A stretch of DNA of 33,308 nt, taken from NCBI GenBank assembly GCA_046153645.1, contig JBJXGI010000077.1, forward strand, positions 1 through 33,308, read 5' to 3'. Shown piece by piece: positions 24,520 through 33,308 of this stretch. The notes beneath the pieces were generated by a model that worked only from the letters and a program-made list of their open reading frames with translations, searched no databases and was not told the origin of the DNA. The translations under genes were made by a program, and so were the position numbers. Each line of letters opens with the position of its first letter. The first letter of the stretch is position 1. This DNA comes from Elusimicrobiota bacterium. Its GTDB lineage: Bacteria > Elusimicrobiota > Elusimicrobia > F11.

Positions 24520-25631
24520 GGTTTAGTAATAGATCCTAGTACACAGGATTTTTTAGCTCCAGTTGTATGTGGTAAGTGATTATTTTTTCCAAGGAGGCAT
24601 CTTAATCCCATAAAAGCAAAAGCCAAAGGTTCTTTGATTTGGGACGGTATACCCAATTTATCAATAGGGATAATAGGAATGGGTGCAAATAAACATTCTA
24701 ATTTTTTCATTAAAGTTTTGTTATGAGAACCGCCACCTGAAATAATAATTTCAGAAACGGAAAATTTGGGGAAAATAAAACGTCGATAACTTTCTTGAAT
24801 TGAAATACAAGTTAAATAATTTAAAGTGGCCAATACATCATTTAGGTTTGTTTTAATCTTTTCATCAGGAATATATTTATTTAGAAAATCACGATTAAAT
24901 AATTCTAAACCCGTTGATTTGGGTGGGGGTTTTTTAAAATAAGCATCTTCCATCATTTTATGAACGACAAAAGCGTTCATTTTCCCTTTTTTAGCGCCCT
25001 CTCCATTTTTATCAAAACTTTCTTGATTGTTCGTGGCGATTCGAACGGCTAAATCCATTAGTGCGTTCCCAGGTCCTGTATCGAAAGCCAGCGGATCTTT
25101 TATGGCTTTTCCAACTATCGTCACATTGCCGATTCCGCCAATGTTTTGAAAAGCACGGATGGGGCCTTCGCTAAAAAAATATTGATCGAAAAAGGGAATA
25201 AGCGGGGCCCCCTCACCACCAACCGCCATATCTTTTTGGCGAAAGTGACTTACCACAGGGATCCCCGTTCGTTCAGCGATAACAGCAGGATCGGATATCT
25301 GGAGAGTATTTTTTATTGAATCATTGGGACCATGATAAATAGTCTGACCATGAGAACCAATACAATGTATATCAGCGGGACTGATGTGTGATTTCTTTAA
25401 AACTTGAAGAGCTGCTTTAGCAAATATTTCACCAAGAGCCATATTCAGTTGTGATAACTCACTGGCCGGAAGCTTTCCACCCAAGCGAATCAGAGGAAGT
25501 AAATGATCGGGATAAGCCGTTTGGGAATGCGAAATAATTTCAAAATGTTTTTCTTTAAATGCAGCTAAAACAGCGGATACTCCGTCAGCGGATGTTCCAG
25601 ACATGAGGCCGATTGCATAATATGTTGTCAC
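24516..25631 (-). CDS. anmK: Anhydro-N-acetylmuramic acid kinase
   Basis: IGLMSGTSADG, IGSHGQT, GGEGAPL.P, NIGGIGNVT, FDTGPGN, PPKSTGLELF, SGGG.HN, KE.LAFA. Confidence 0.95.
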   Translation of the reverse strand: MTTYYAIGLMSGTSADGVSAVLAAFKEKHFEIISHSQTAYPDHLLPLIRLGGKLPASELSQLNMALGEIFAKAALQVLKKSHISPADIHCIGSHGQTIYHGPNDSIKNTLQISDPAVIAERTGIPVVSHFRQKDMAVGGEGAPLIPFFDQYFFSEGPIRAFQNIGGIGNVTIVGKAIKDPLAFDTGPGNALMDLAVRIATNNQESFDKNGEGAKKGKMNAFVVHKMMEDAYFKKPPPKSTGLELFNRDFLNKYIPDEKIKTNLNDVLATLNYLTCISIQESYRRFIFPKFSVSEIIISGGGSHNKTLMKKLECLFAPIPIIPIDKLGIPSQIKEPLAFAFMGLRCLLGKNNHLPHTTGAKKSCVLGSITKP

Positions 25632-26530
25632 TTTTTTAGAACCTTGTGCAAAAGGCCATCATTTTTTTTCAAAAGCAATTTTGCCTGATTAAAATTTACC
25701 TTTAACTTTGCCATGACAATCGCCGTTTTGGCATGGCCGTTAGAAGCGCTCATTAATTTTTCAGCCTCTTGTTGCGTAACTTCGCCTAATTCTCGAATAA
25801 GTCTTAACGCTCGAGCTTCTAACTTTTTTGATTTGGGCTGAAGATCAACCATTCGATTTCCATAAACTTTACCCAATCGAATCATAGAGCAAACAGTGAG
25901 AGCATTTAAAACAAGCTTGGTTGCAGTTCCTGCTTTTAACCTTGTGGATCCTGAAATAATTTCTGGTCCTGTTTTTAACTGAATGGTTATGGCTGCAGGG
26001 CTTTTGAATTGAAGAGAAGAATTGCAAGTGATGAGAATTGTTTTAGCTGACTTTTTATTCGCTGCTATTAAACCATCCCGCACAAAGGGAGTAATTCCAC
26101 TGGCGGCAATTCCAATAACAACATCTTCTTTGGTCACATTTTTTTTGATGATTTCGATAGCATCACGTCCGCGGTCTTCAGCGCCTTCCTTAGATCTAAA
26201 AACAGATTGATTGCCGCCTGCCATAAAAGCTTTGATCAAATAAGGAGGGGTATTAAATGTGGGAGGACATTCTGCTGCCTCTAGAATTCCTAAGCGACCA
26301 CTGGTCCCGGCTCCAATAAAAATTAACTTTCCACCTTTTTTTAGTTGGTGAACAATAACATCAACGGCCCGATCAATATTTTTAGTTTGAGATTCAACAG
26401 CACGAAACGCGTGTCGATTGGCTTGATTCATGATGGATAAAGCTTTTTTAGTTGAAACACGATCGATGTGAATTGATAAAGAATTAACCTGTTCAGTGGG
26501 GAGAAAATCAAAGGGATTTTTGAGTGTCAT
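25628..26530 (-). CDS. murQ: N-acetylmuramic acid 6-phosphate etherase
   Basis: TEQ.N, GAGTSGRLGIL.AAECPPTF, EGAED, GIAASG.TPFV, TGPE.ISGSTRLKAGTATK, GKVYGN.MVD. Confidence 0.95.
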   Translation of the reverse strand: MTLKNPFDFLPTEQVNSLSIHIDRVSTKKALSIMNQANRHAFRAVESQTKNIDRAVDVIVHQLKKGGKLIFIGAGTSGRLGILEAAECPPTFNTPPYLIKAFMAGGNQSVFRSKEGAEDRGRDAIEIIKKNVTKEDVVIGIAASGITPFVRDGLIAANKKSAKTILITCNSSLQFKSPAAITIQLKTGPEIISGSTRLKAGTATKLVLNALTVCSMIRLGKVYGNRMVDLQPKSKKLEARALRLIRELGEVTQQEAEKLMSASNGHAKTAIVMAKLKVNFNQAKLLLKKNDGLLHKVLKK

Positions 26531-26537
26531 AACGAAA

Positions 26538-26556
26538 TGATATGAAATTCACATCA
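26538..26556. promoter_or_regulatory. Imperfect 19-bp palindrome, candidate operator between divergent murQ and nagZ
   Basis: TGATATGAA-A-TTCACATCA: 8 of 9 arm positions are complementary, within a 46-bp intergenic gap. Confidence 0.5.
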
Positions 26557-26576
26557 AAAATTTGTACATTTTTCTT

Positions 26577-28097
26577 ATGGTTACTCATTTAGAAGATTTG
26601 GTTGGTTCAAAACTCGTCATTGGTTTCCCTGGAACCAAAGTCACAGCTGAAATTATTGATCAATTCAGGCGCACTCACGCTGGAGGGGTTATTTTTTTTA
26701 GAATTAATTTTGATTCTCCTGAGCAAATAAGAAATGTTATTACCCAATTAGAAAATGCGCTCCAAAGGAAATTATTGGTCTGTGTTGATCATGAAGGGGG
26801 GCGGGTTATTATGTACCGAGATGGTATTACCGTATTTCCAGACAACATGGCCTTTGGAAGAACAAGAAAAATAGAATATGCCCAAAAAGCAGGGGAAATC
26901 GCCGCGCAAGAATTACGCGCCCTTGGGACGGATATTAATTTTGCCCCGACATTAGATGTGTTAACAGGTTCTTTTTCTCCCAATATCGGAATTCGCGCTT
27001 TTGGTGGAGATTGGAAATTGGTTTCAGACATGGGTGTGGCCTACATTCGAGCCCTCCAAAAAGGGGGCGTTTCTGCAACGGCCAAACATTTCCCAGGGCA
27101 AGGTCATTCAACGCTAGATGCTCATTTAAGTTTACCCACAATCAATTCAACCTGGACAGAAATGAACCAAATTCATTTGCAACCTTTCGTAGAATCAATT
27201 AAAGCAGGGGTCGATGTTATTATGACTTCCCATCCTCGTTATCCACGTTTAGATCCAGTGAACATAGCTACTTTTTCAAGACGGATCGTGACAGATTGTT
27301 TAAGAGACGAATTAAATTTTAAAGGAATCATTTCAAGCGATGATTTAGAAATGGGCGCCATTCGAGAAATTTGTCCTATTGATGTAGCCGCTGTTAAAAC
27401 CGCTGCGGCAGGCCACGATCTCATATTAAGTTGCCATGATTTCGAAAGTGAAATGAAATGTTACCAAGGATTATTTGAAGCATATAAATCAAGATTTTTG
27501 CCATTAGATGAATTAGAAGAAAGCGCCGATCGAATTGAACAAATTAAGAAAAAACACCCACAACGATTTGCTGGAAAAGTTGGTCCTCATCCGGAAGGAG
27601 TTTCGTTGGCATTGAAAGTAGCCTTCGAGGGACTCGAAGTGATACAAGACTCTGATAAAATTCTACCCCTACCCAAATCGCTCCGAGAACAAGTGGGAAT
27701 TATTTTCCCTAAATTATCATCATTGGCATCGAAAATTATGGTTGAAAAAGAATTCGAAGATGAGAAAAACTTTTTCCATCATTATCTTGGACACTTTAAA
27801 CAAAACCATGTCGTTGAAACATACAAAATCGATGCCGATGAAGAAGATATTCGAATTGCTTCAGATTTAAGTAAACGTATGAACGTCACAGTTTTTTATT
27901 GTTACGACGCGCATTTGTTCCCATCTCAAGGAAAGTTGCTTCAATCACTGCAGCAATCAGCTCGAAAGCTTATTGTCGTTTTATTACGAGATCCTTATGA
28001 TCGAAAATTTTTAACGCCTCAAGATACAGGGCTTACCGCTTTTGGTTGGCGCAAATGTCAAATAGAAGCCTGCACTCATAAGATATTTGAATCATGA
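26577..28097 (+). CDS. nagZ: Beta-N-acetylglucosaminidase, GH3, two-domain
   Basis: GGVIFFR.N, VDHEGGRV, NFAPTLDV, IGIRAFG, KHFPGQG....DAH, SDDLEMGAI, AG.DLIL, and a C-terminal domain with LRDPYD. ATG at 26577 preferred over the TTG at 26562. Confidence 0.9.
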   Translation: MVTHLEDLVGSKLVIGFPGTKVTAEIIDQFRRTHAGGVIFFRINFDSPEQIRNVITQLENALQRKLLVCVDHEGGRVIMYRDGITVFPDNMAFGRTRKIEYAQKAGEIAAQELRALGTDINFAPTLDVLTGSFSPNIGIRAFGGDWKLVSDMGVAYIRALQKGGVSATAKHFPGQGHSTLDAHLSLPTINSTWTEMNQIHLQPFVESIKAGVDVIMTSHPRYPRLDPVNIATFSRRIVTDCLRDELNFKGIISSDDLEMGAIREICPIDVAAVKTAAAGHDLILSCHDFESEMKCYQGLFEAYKSRFLPLDELEESADRIEQIKKKHPQRFAGKVGPHPEGVSLALKVAFEGLEVIQDSDKILPLPKSLREQVGIIFPKLSSLASKIMVEKEFEDEKNFFHHYLGHFKQNHVVETYKIDADEEDIRIASDLSKRMNVTVFYCYDAHLFPSQGKLLQSLQQSARKLIVVLLRDPYDRKFLTPQDTGLTAFGWRKCQIEACTHKIFES

Positions 28098-28783
28098 AAA
28101 CCCTCTTCTGCGATATTGGCGGAACTCGAATTAGAATTTGGGGAGAAAAATCACCGCTAAAGTTTATGGATTTAGATACGTCCATGAAAGTTCTAAAAAA
28201 ATATCTTAAATCTAGAGCACCTCAAAAATTAGTTATTGGCATTCGAGGCGTATGGACCTCTAAAGAGAAAAAGGTTTGGAGTCACTTAATGAAAGAAGTC
28301 GCTCCCATGGTCAAGATTTTTTCGGATATTGAACTGGCCCATCATTTGTTTTTTGGAGAACAACCAGGAATTATTGCTAATGCAGGAACAGGTTCTATTG
28401 TATTTGGAAAAGATTCAAACGGAAAAACCTTCAGAGCCGGTGGGTTGGGCCCTTTCATGGGAGATGAAGGCTCCGCATTTTGGATTGGTCGGGAATACTT
28501 AAAAGTAACTTATGAAAAGAAGAACTGGCTTTATATTCGAAAAATAGTCAAAAACAAAAACCCTATTGCGAAAATTGCTTCCTATTCCAAAATGGCGCTT
28601 TTCAAAGCGGAAAAATCAAACGGTCCCGAGCGCCAAATCATAAAACAAGCCATAAGTCATTTGATTGCGCTTATTCATGATGTTCAAAAAGGTTTATATA
28701 AAGGAAAAGCCCTCCCTGTTGCGGTACAAGGAGGGCTTTTTGAGAATTTCTTTTTTAGAAAAGAATTCGAAAAAAGTTTCTAA
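28094..28783 (+). CDS. BadF/BadG/BcrA/BcrD-family sugar kinase (GlcNAc/MurNAc kinase-like), short
   Basis: DIGGT phosphate-1 motif, SDIELA, AGTGS, RAGGLGPFMGDEGSAFWIG, QGGLF. ATGA overlap with nagZ. Confidence 0.8.
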   Translation: MKTLFCDIGGTRIRIWGEKSPLKFMDLDTSMKVLKKYLKSRAPQKLVIGIRGVWTSKEKKVWSHLMKEVAPMVKIFSDIELAHHLFFGEQPGIIANAGTGSIVFGKDSNGKTFRAGGLGPFMGDEGSAFWIGREYLKVTYEKKNWLYIRKIVKNKNPIAKIASYSKMALFKAEKSNGPERQIIKQAISHLIALIHDVQKGLYKGKALPVAVQGGLFENFFFRKEFEKSF

Positions 28784-29142
28784 TTTCCTGTCATATAAGT
28801 AACCATTCCACGTTTGACCATTCTAATCTCTTTAGATCTCCGATGTCTGGTTTTAATGTCTTTAAATAGGGAATGAATTTTTTGTTCTAATACTTTTGCG
28901 GCCACATCAATGGCTTCTATCATCACTTGCGCTTCTTTTTTAATTGAAATTGTTTTTCGAGGGACCTTCGCGATAATGTGACAAGACTCAGCCCCTTTCA
29001 AATGGTGGTGGCTCGATGTGAGAATAAATTCTAATTTGACAATCTTCTCTTCAAATCTGTCCAATTTGGCCAGTCTTTCATAAATGTGATCTCTCCATCT
29101 TGGTTGAACGTCGGTTTCATGTCCGTGAATAAGAACTTTCAT
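28780..29142 (-). CDS. hpf: Ribosome hibernation factor HPF/RaiA (S30EA family)
   Basis: MKV.I.G...DV......HI.ERLAKLDRF, a beta-alpha pattern, M.EAIDVAAKVLEQKI...KD. GGGAGG RBS. Confidence 0.8.
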   Translation of the reverse strand: MKVLIHGHETDVQPRWRDHIYERLAKLDRFEEKIVKLEFILTSSHHHLKGAESCHIIAKVPRKTISIKKEAQVMIEAIDVAAKVLEQKIHSLFKDIKTRHRRSKEIRMVKRGMVTYMTGN

Positions 29143-29260
29143 TTTATTGCCTCCCTCGTAGAACGATGCCTCTAAATTTTCTAATGTAATGATAAGTTAG
29201 AACATTCTACCCCACTTGTCATGATTTAGATCAGGTTTAGGGAAAAAGCGATAATTAAAA

Positions 29261-30259
29261 ATGACTTTAACAAAAAGAGTTTTTTCAGGAATTCAGCCAA
29301 GCGGTATCGTCCATATTGGTAATTACGCAGGGGCATTAAAAAATTGGGTTGGTATGCAAGAAACCTACGATTGCCTTTATTGCATCGTTGATTTACACGC
29401 CATTACAGTTCCGCAAGAACCCAAAGATTTAAAAGAAAGAATTCTAACAACTGCTGCTGTTACTTTAGCGGTGGGAATAGATCCCCAAAAATCAATACTC
29501 TTTGTTCAATCTGATGTTCCCGAGCATGCGGAGCTTGCTTGGATATTAAATTGTTTTGTTTATTTTGGTGAACTAAGTCGAATGACCCAGTTTAAAGATA
29601 AATCAGAGTCGCGTGGGCAAGGAACCTCAACGGGTCTGTTTACCTATCCTGCCTTGATGGCTGCCGATATCCTTCTTTACAATACCAATGCCGTTCCTGT
29701 GGGGGAAGACCAAAAACAACATCTGGAATTAGCTCGAACCATTGCCAGACGAATAAATAACATTTATCCGGATTTATTTATTGTTCCAGAACCTTTTATC
29801 GGTAAAAAAGGCGCCCGCATTATGGGATTAGATGATCCGCTCATCAAAATGAGTAAATCAGCTGCAAGTGAATACAACTACATTTCATTTTCTGACTCGG
29901 CTGATGAGATTAGAAAAAAAATTAAAAAAGCTGTCACGGATTCAGGAACAACAATAGAATTTGATGAGGAAAAACGTCCCGCCATTTCAAATTTACTAAC
30001 TATATATAGTGCATTTTCAGGAAAAAGCATTGAAGATTTGGTTGAACAATTTAAAGGTAAAGGATATGGCGATTTCAAAAAAGATATGGCTGAAATGATG
30101 GTACAGGCCATGGCTCCTATCCAGGAAAAAATAAAAATGATTCTCAGCGATAAATCACAATTGGAAAAATTTCTTACAACAGGAGCAGAAAGAGCTCGAG
30201 ATTTAGCCTCACCTAAAATGAAACAAATAAAACAAACGCTCGGTCTTGGCCGGGTCTAA
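29261..30259 (+). CDS. trpS: Tryptophan--tRNA ligase
   Basis: FSGIQPSG.VHIGNY.GA, IVDLHAIT, RMTQFKDK, YPALMAADIL, VPVGEDQKQHLEL, KMSKS, KAVTDS. Confidence 0.97.
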   Translation: MTLTKRVFSGIQPSGIVHIGNYAGALKNWVGMQETYDCLYCIVDLHAITVPQEPKDLKERILTTAAVTLAVGIDPQKSILFVQSDVPEHAELAWILNCFVYFGELSRMTQFKDKSESRGQGTSTGLFTYPALMAADILLYNTNAVPVGEDQKQHLELARTIARRINNIYPDLFIVPEPFIGKKGARIMGLDDPLIKMSKSAASEYNYISFSDSADEIRKKIKKAVTDSGTTIEFDEEKRPAISNLLTIYSAFSGKSIEDLVEQFKGKGYGDFKKDMAEMMVQAMAPIQEKIKMILSDKSQLEKFLTTGAERARDLASPKMKQIKQTLGLGRV

Positions 30260-30263
30260 CAAA

Positions 30264-31646
30264 ATGGTCGATTTAAAGTCCTATCTCATTGAGTTGGTTT
30301 CTAAATGCGAAAAAATTGTTCCGTACGCTTCTGCGTTGCATAAACAAAAGTCTGGGGATCGAATTCAAGTTAATCCTTATCAAGAAAGTATTGAGCCAGA
30401 AGAGTCTTCTCAGGGGTTGGTTATAAACCTGTGGAATGGTCAGAGTTTTTTTGAATATGCCAGTAATTCAAGCGATCTTTCTTTTATTGAAAAAGAAGTA
30501 CTTCAATACGCGAAATATACTTTAACTCAAATAAATCCCGCTTTAGCAAAATCAGAAATTGATCCAGGTCCAAAAACTCAAAAGGATTTTATTAACCAAA
30601 CAGATTTTCAAGAAGAATTATCGCTACAACAAAAATTAAATATCGCTAAAGAAAGAGTGAAACTAGCACAAGGACTTGATTCTCAAGTCGTTAATGTTAT
30701 TTCTATTGTGGGCGAATCTAAATCTTCCGACATTTTTGTTAACCGCCATAAACAAATGAGTCAACAGATCAAACGGTCTGATTCAATTTTGGTGGTATTT
30801 GTCTCGGATGGAAAGAATACAGCCGATATTCATGGGGGCCTTTCAAAAAACGGTGGGTTCGATAAAGTTCAAATTAATGATGAAGAAATAAAGTTATGGG
30901 TTGAGGATGCGAAAAAATTACTCTCAGCACCTCGAATAAAACCGGGCCTTTATGATGTGGTTACCGATCCTGAATGGTCAGGTATTATTGCCCACGAGTG
31001 TTTTGGACACGGGATGGAAACAGACCTTTACACACGAGAGCGAGCTTTAAGTCAACATTACTTAGGAAAACCCGTCGCCTCAGAAATTGTGAACATGTTT
31101 GATGATCCATCGATTATTGAAGAAGCAGGCGGTTTTTACTTTGATGACGAGGGGGCGCTTTCAGGTCCGACTCATATTATTAAAAACGGAATATTGCAAC
31201 GCGGCCTTTCTGATCTTGCCTCCGCACATAAACTAAAGATAACTCGTTCAGCCAATGGAAGACGCGAAAGTTTTTCAAGAAAAGCTTACGCGAGAATGAC
31301 CAATACTTTTTTTGCAAATGGAAAAACTCCAAAAGAAGAAATGATTGCTTCTGTTGAACAAGGCATCTATCTCAAACATGCAACAAATGGGATGGAAGAC
31401 CCTCAAGCCTGGGGCATCCAAGTGGAAGGCCTTTGGGCACAAGAAATTAAAAATGGAAAATTAACTAACAATGTCTATTCTCCCGTCATTATGACTGGTT
31501 TTGTTCCTGAACTCCTTCAATCTATTTCCATGGTGGGGAATGATCGTTTTATATCAGGACTTGGCATGTGTGGAAAAGGGCATAAAGAGTGGGTTAAAAA
31601 TACAACTGGTGGCCCCCATTTAAAGATGAAAGCGAGATTGGCATGA
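30264..31646 (+). CDS. tldD: TldD metalloprotease subunit
   Basis: HECFGHGME (HExxGH), FDDEG, ANGRRES....YARMTNT, C-terminal GMCGKG with the metal-binding Cys, GGPH. ATG at 30264 preferred. Confidence 0.9.
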   Translation: MVDLKSYLIELVSKCEKIVPYASALHKQKSGDRIQVNPYQESIEPEESSQGLVINLWNGQSFFEYASNSSDLSFIEKEVLQYAKYTLTQINPALAKSEIDPGPKTQKDFINQTDFQEELSLQQKLNIAKERVKLAQGLDSQVVNVISIVGESKSSDIFVNRHKQMSQQIKRSDSILVVFVSDGKNTADIHGGLSKNGGFDKVQINDEEIKLWVEDAKKLLSAPRIKPGLYDVVTDPEWSGIIAHECFGHGMETDLYTRERALSQHYLGKPVASEIVNMFDDPSIIEEAGGFYFDDEGALSGPTHIIKNGILQRGLSDLASAHKLKITRSANGRRESFSRKAYARMTNTFFANGKTPKEEMIASVEQGIYLKHATNGMEDPQAWGIQVEGLWAQEIKNGKLTNNVYSPVIMTGFVPELLQSISMVGNDRFISGLGMCGKGHKEWVKNTTGGPHLKMKARLA

Positions 31647-32953
31647 CAGAATCAATTCTTTCTCAAATCAAAGGCATTCTCAATAAAAAAAAACTGACCG
31701 CCTGGCAAATCCGCCAAATGGTTCAAACGTCTTTCCAATCTTTCTTAGCATTAACGGAGGAAGAGTGCAGGCGTACGGTATCAACAACGATCTATATCAT
31801 TTCTCTTTATAAAAAGAGAGTCGACAAAGAGGGAAAAGAAACCCTCGGTCTATCCCAATTTAAAATTGGACCACAAGATTTAGCTCAATTAGAAAAACTT
31901 ATTGATAATGCCCTTTTTTCCGCCAATTTGGTTTCTAATATTCCCTTTCATTTGCCAGGGCAACCATCAAAACTTCCCGACGTTGAAATTTATGATCAAA
32001 CACTGAATGGATCGTCCTTGATTGATTTTTCTGATCGAATTCAATCCTGTGTAAGTAAAGAAAAAAATATTCGTTTGAGCGCCGCTGAATTTTTTATCAA
32101 TAAAACTGAGGTTCGTCAGATTAATCATTGTGGGTTAGACGTCACTCAAGAAGACACTTCTATTCACACGGAATTTATTCTCTTGGCAAAAAGTGAAAAG
32201 GGGGAAAATGAATTTATTAATCGTTATACGCGGCGTTTCCTCACTGATTTTAAACTAGAAGAAGAAATAGCTCAGAGCGCGCAATTCGCAAGAGATGCCA
32301 CATTAGCCTCTCTCCCTAAAACAGGAGATTATCCCGTCCTTATTTCAGATGAACCTTTGGACCATCTTTTTAATCCCATTATCGCGAAAACGAGCGCCCG
32401 ACTAAAATTTAATCATATGGTGCAATCAAACATAGGTGATTCCATATTAGATGGGACGGCAGTGGGAGATTCCATAACACTTTATTCCAATGGACTCATT
32501 TCACAAGCCTTAGGGACAAATCGATTTGATTCATATGGAGTGCCCACGAATAAAACCCTGTTGGTAGAAAATAATATCATCAAGAATTATTTGGCAGATG
32601 TTCGTTATGGCAGTTATTTGAACTTACCGATCACCGGAGAAATAGGAAATGTTGAAGTTCTTCCGGGGTCACAATCATTTCAATCATTAATTTCTTCGCA
32701 TCCTGTTTTATATCATTTGCAGGCGTTTTCAGCTTTTGAGCCCAATGCCATTACCGGTGCTTTTTCAGCTGAAATTCGAGCGGGTTATGAGATTTCTTCT
32801 CAAGGAGTTCGTCCTATAAAAGGTGGGTCTGTTTCTGGTGTTTTACAGAAAGCATTATTAGATTGTTATCTCTCTCAAGAACGAGTTCAACGTGAAAGAG
32901 TGTTGGTGCCGAAAGGAATCCTGTTCTCTCATTTAACTCTTGCCGGAAATTAA
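31643..32953 (+). CDS. pmbA: TldE/PmbA non-catalytic partner
   Basis: Follows tldD with an ATGA overlap. G.YPVL, FDSYG, NAITGAFS, PIKGGSVSG, and no HExxH. Confidence 0.8.
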   Translation: MTESILSQIKGILNKKKLTAWQIRQMVQTSFQSFLALTEEECRRTVSTTIYIISLYKKRVDKEGKETLGLSQFKIGPQDLAQLEKLIDNALFSANLVSNIPFHLPGQPSKLPDVEIYDQTLNGSSLIDFSDRIQSCVSKEKNIRLSAAEFFINKTEVRQINHCGLDVTQEDTSIHTEFILLAKSEKGENEFINRYTRRFLTDFKLEEEIAQSAQFARDATLASLPKTGDYPVLISDEPLDHLFNPIIAKTSARLKFNHMVQSNIGDSILDGTAVGDSITLYSNGLISQALGTNRFDSYGVPTNKTLLVENNIIKNYLADVRYGSYLNLPITGEIGNVEVLPGSQSFQSLISSHPVLYHLQAFSAFEPNAITGAFSAEIRAGYEISSQGVRPIKGGSVSGVLQKALLDCYLSQERVQRERVLVPKGILFSHLTLAGN

Positions 32954-32954
32954 C

Positions 32955-33308
32955 TTGGTTAAAAACTCAAGAAGAAATGTTTTTAAATACCGGTATTTAT
33001 TTTTTATTGTTTTTTTATCTGGGTGTGTAGCACCTTCTTCTTATATTAAACCTAATCGTTCAAAACCTTTCCCTTCAGAACCATTTATTTCAAGAAAATC
33101 TCCATTCATTTACTTTGTTAATGAGATGGCGTTTCATTTCGATACCGGTTTTTATGTGGCTCTTCCAAATGAGAAAATAACAATTAAAATTCTCCATGAG
33201 AAAACCTGGGAAGTCGTGGCCTCCTCAGAAGGCACTCACACTTCTATTACGATAAGAAGTGAAAAAAAAACCGCAGAGGCAACCTTACATATTTTTACTG
33301 TTATTCCT
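32955..33308 (+). CDS. Putative lipoprotein, partial (runs off the window end)
   Basis: Hand translation from the TTG at 32955: MVKNSRRNVFKYRYLFFIVFLSGCVAPSS..., with lipobox LSGC and a frame open for 118 codons to the window edge. Confidence 0.65.
   Translation, partial: MVKNSRRNVFKYRYLFFIVFLSGCVAPSSYIKPNRSKPFPSEPFISRKSPFIYFVNEMAFHFDTGFYVALPNEKITIKILHEKTWEVVASSEGTHTSITIRSEKKTAEATLHIFTVIP

Noticed and set aside
29143..29260. T-box or attenuator upstream of trpS
   Set aside because: Only 118 bp shared with the divergent hpf promoter, with no T-box consensus or Trp-rich leader peptide seen.
30264..32953. TldD/E as part of a RiPP (microcin-like) cluster
   Set aside because: No precursor peptide, YcaO or other modification enzyme nearby. 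The trpS-linked context looks housekeeping.
1..33308. CRISPR arrays, tRNA/rRNA genes, transposases, integrases, reverse transcriptase/DGR
   Set aside because: None seen. Intergenic gaps are short and the giant gene's repeats are diverged at the DNA level.

Overview
AT-rich bacterial chromosome window from a diderm. The PorV/PorQ-family barrels and FlgD-Ig/CTD-like domains suggest Elusimicrobiota or a similar lineage, which is inference only. From left to right: a PorV/PorQ-like barrel, a short GT35 alpha-glucan phosphorylase and ispA. Next is a ~14.5 kb tightly packed envelope cluster (4208-18709) encoding a small Ig-like protein, a giant repetitive Ig-domain surface protein with a T9SS-like C-terminal domain, a PorV-like barrel fused to a FlgD-Ig domain, a 994-aa TPR protein, ExbB, two ExbD paralogues, a Gly-rich TonB-like protein and a FlgD-Ig/degenerate-OmpA protein. 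The giant gene is split by a frameshift, best placed at a C6 run. After this come a PLP aminotransferase and a divergent peptidoglycan-recycling locus (murQ-anmK-sodium symporter-namZ-DUF1573-rhodanese-MauE/DoxX on the minus strand; nagZ-sugar kinase on the plus strand). The window ends with hpf, trpS, tldD, tldE/pmbA and a partial lipoprotein. The best candidate for an undescribed system is the 4208-18709 cluster: a putative ExbBD/TonB-energised, PorV-based export, surface-display or motility machine with its own CTD-bearing cargo. The window has no TonB-dependent receptor and no PorL/PorM/SprA. All assignments come from motif reading by eye; no searches were run.
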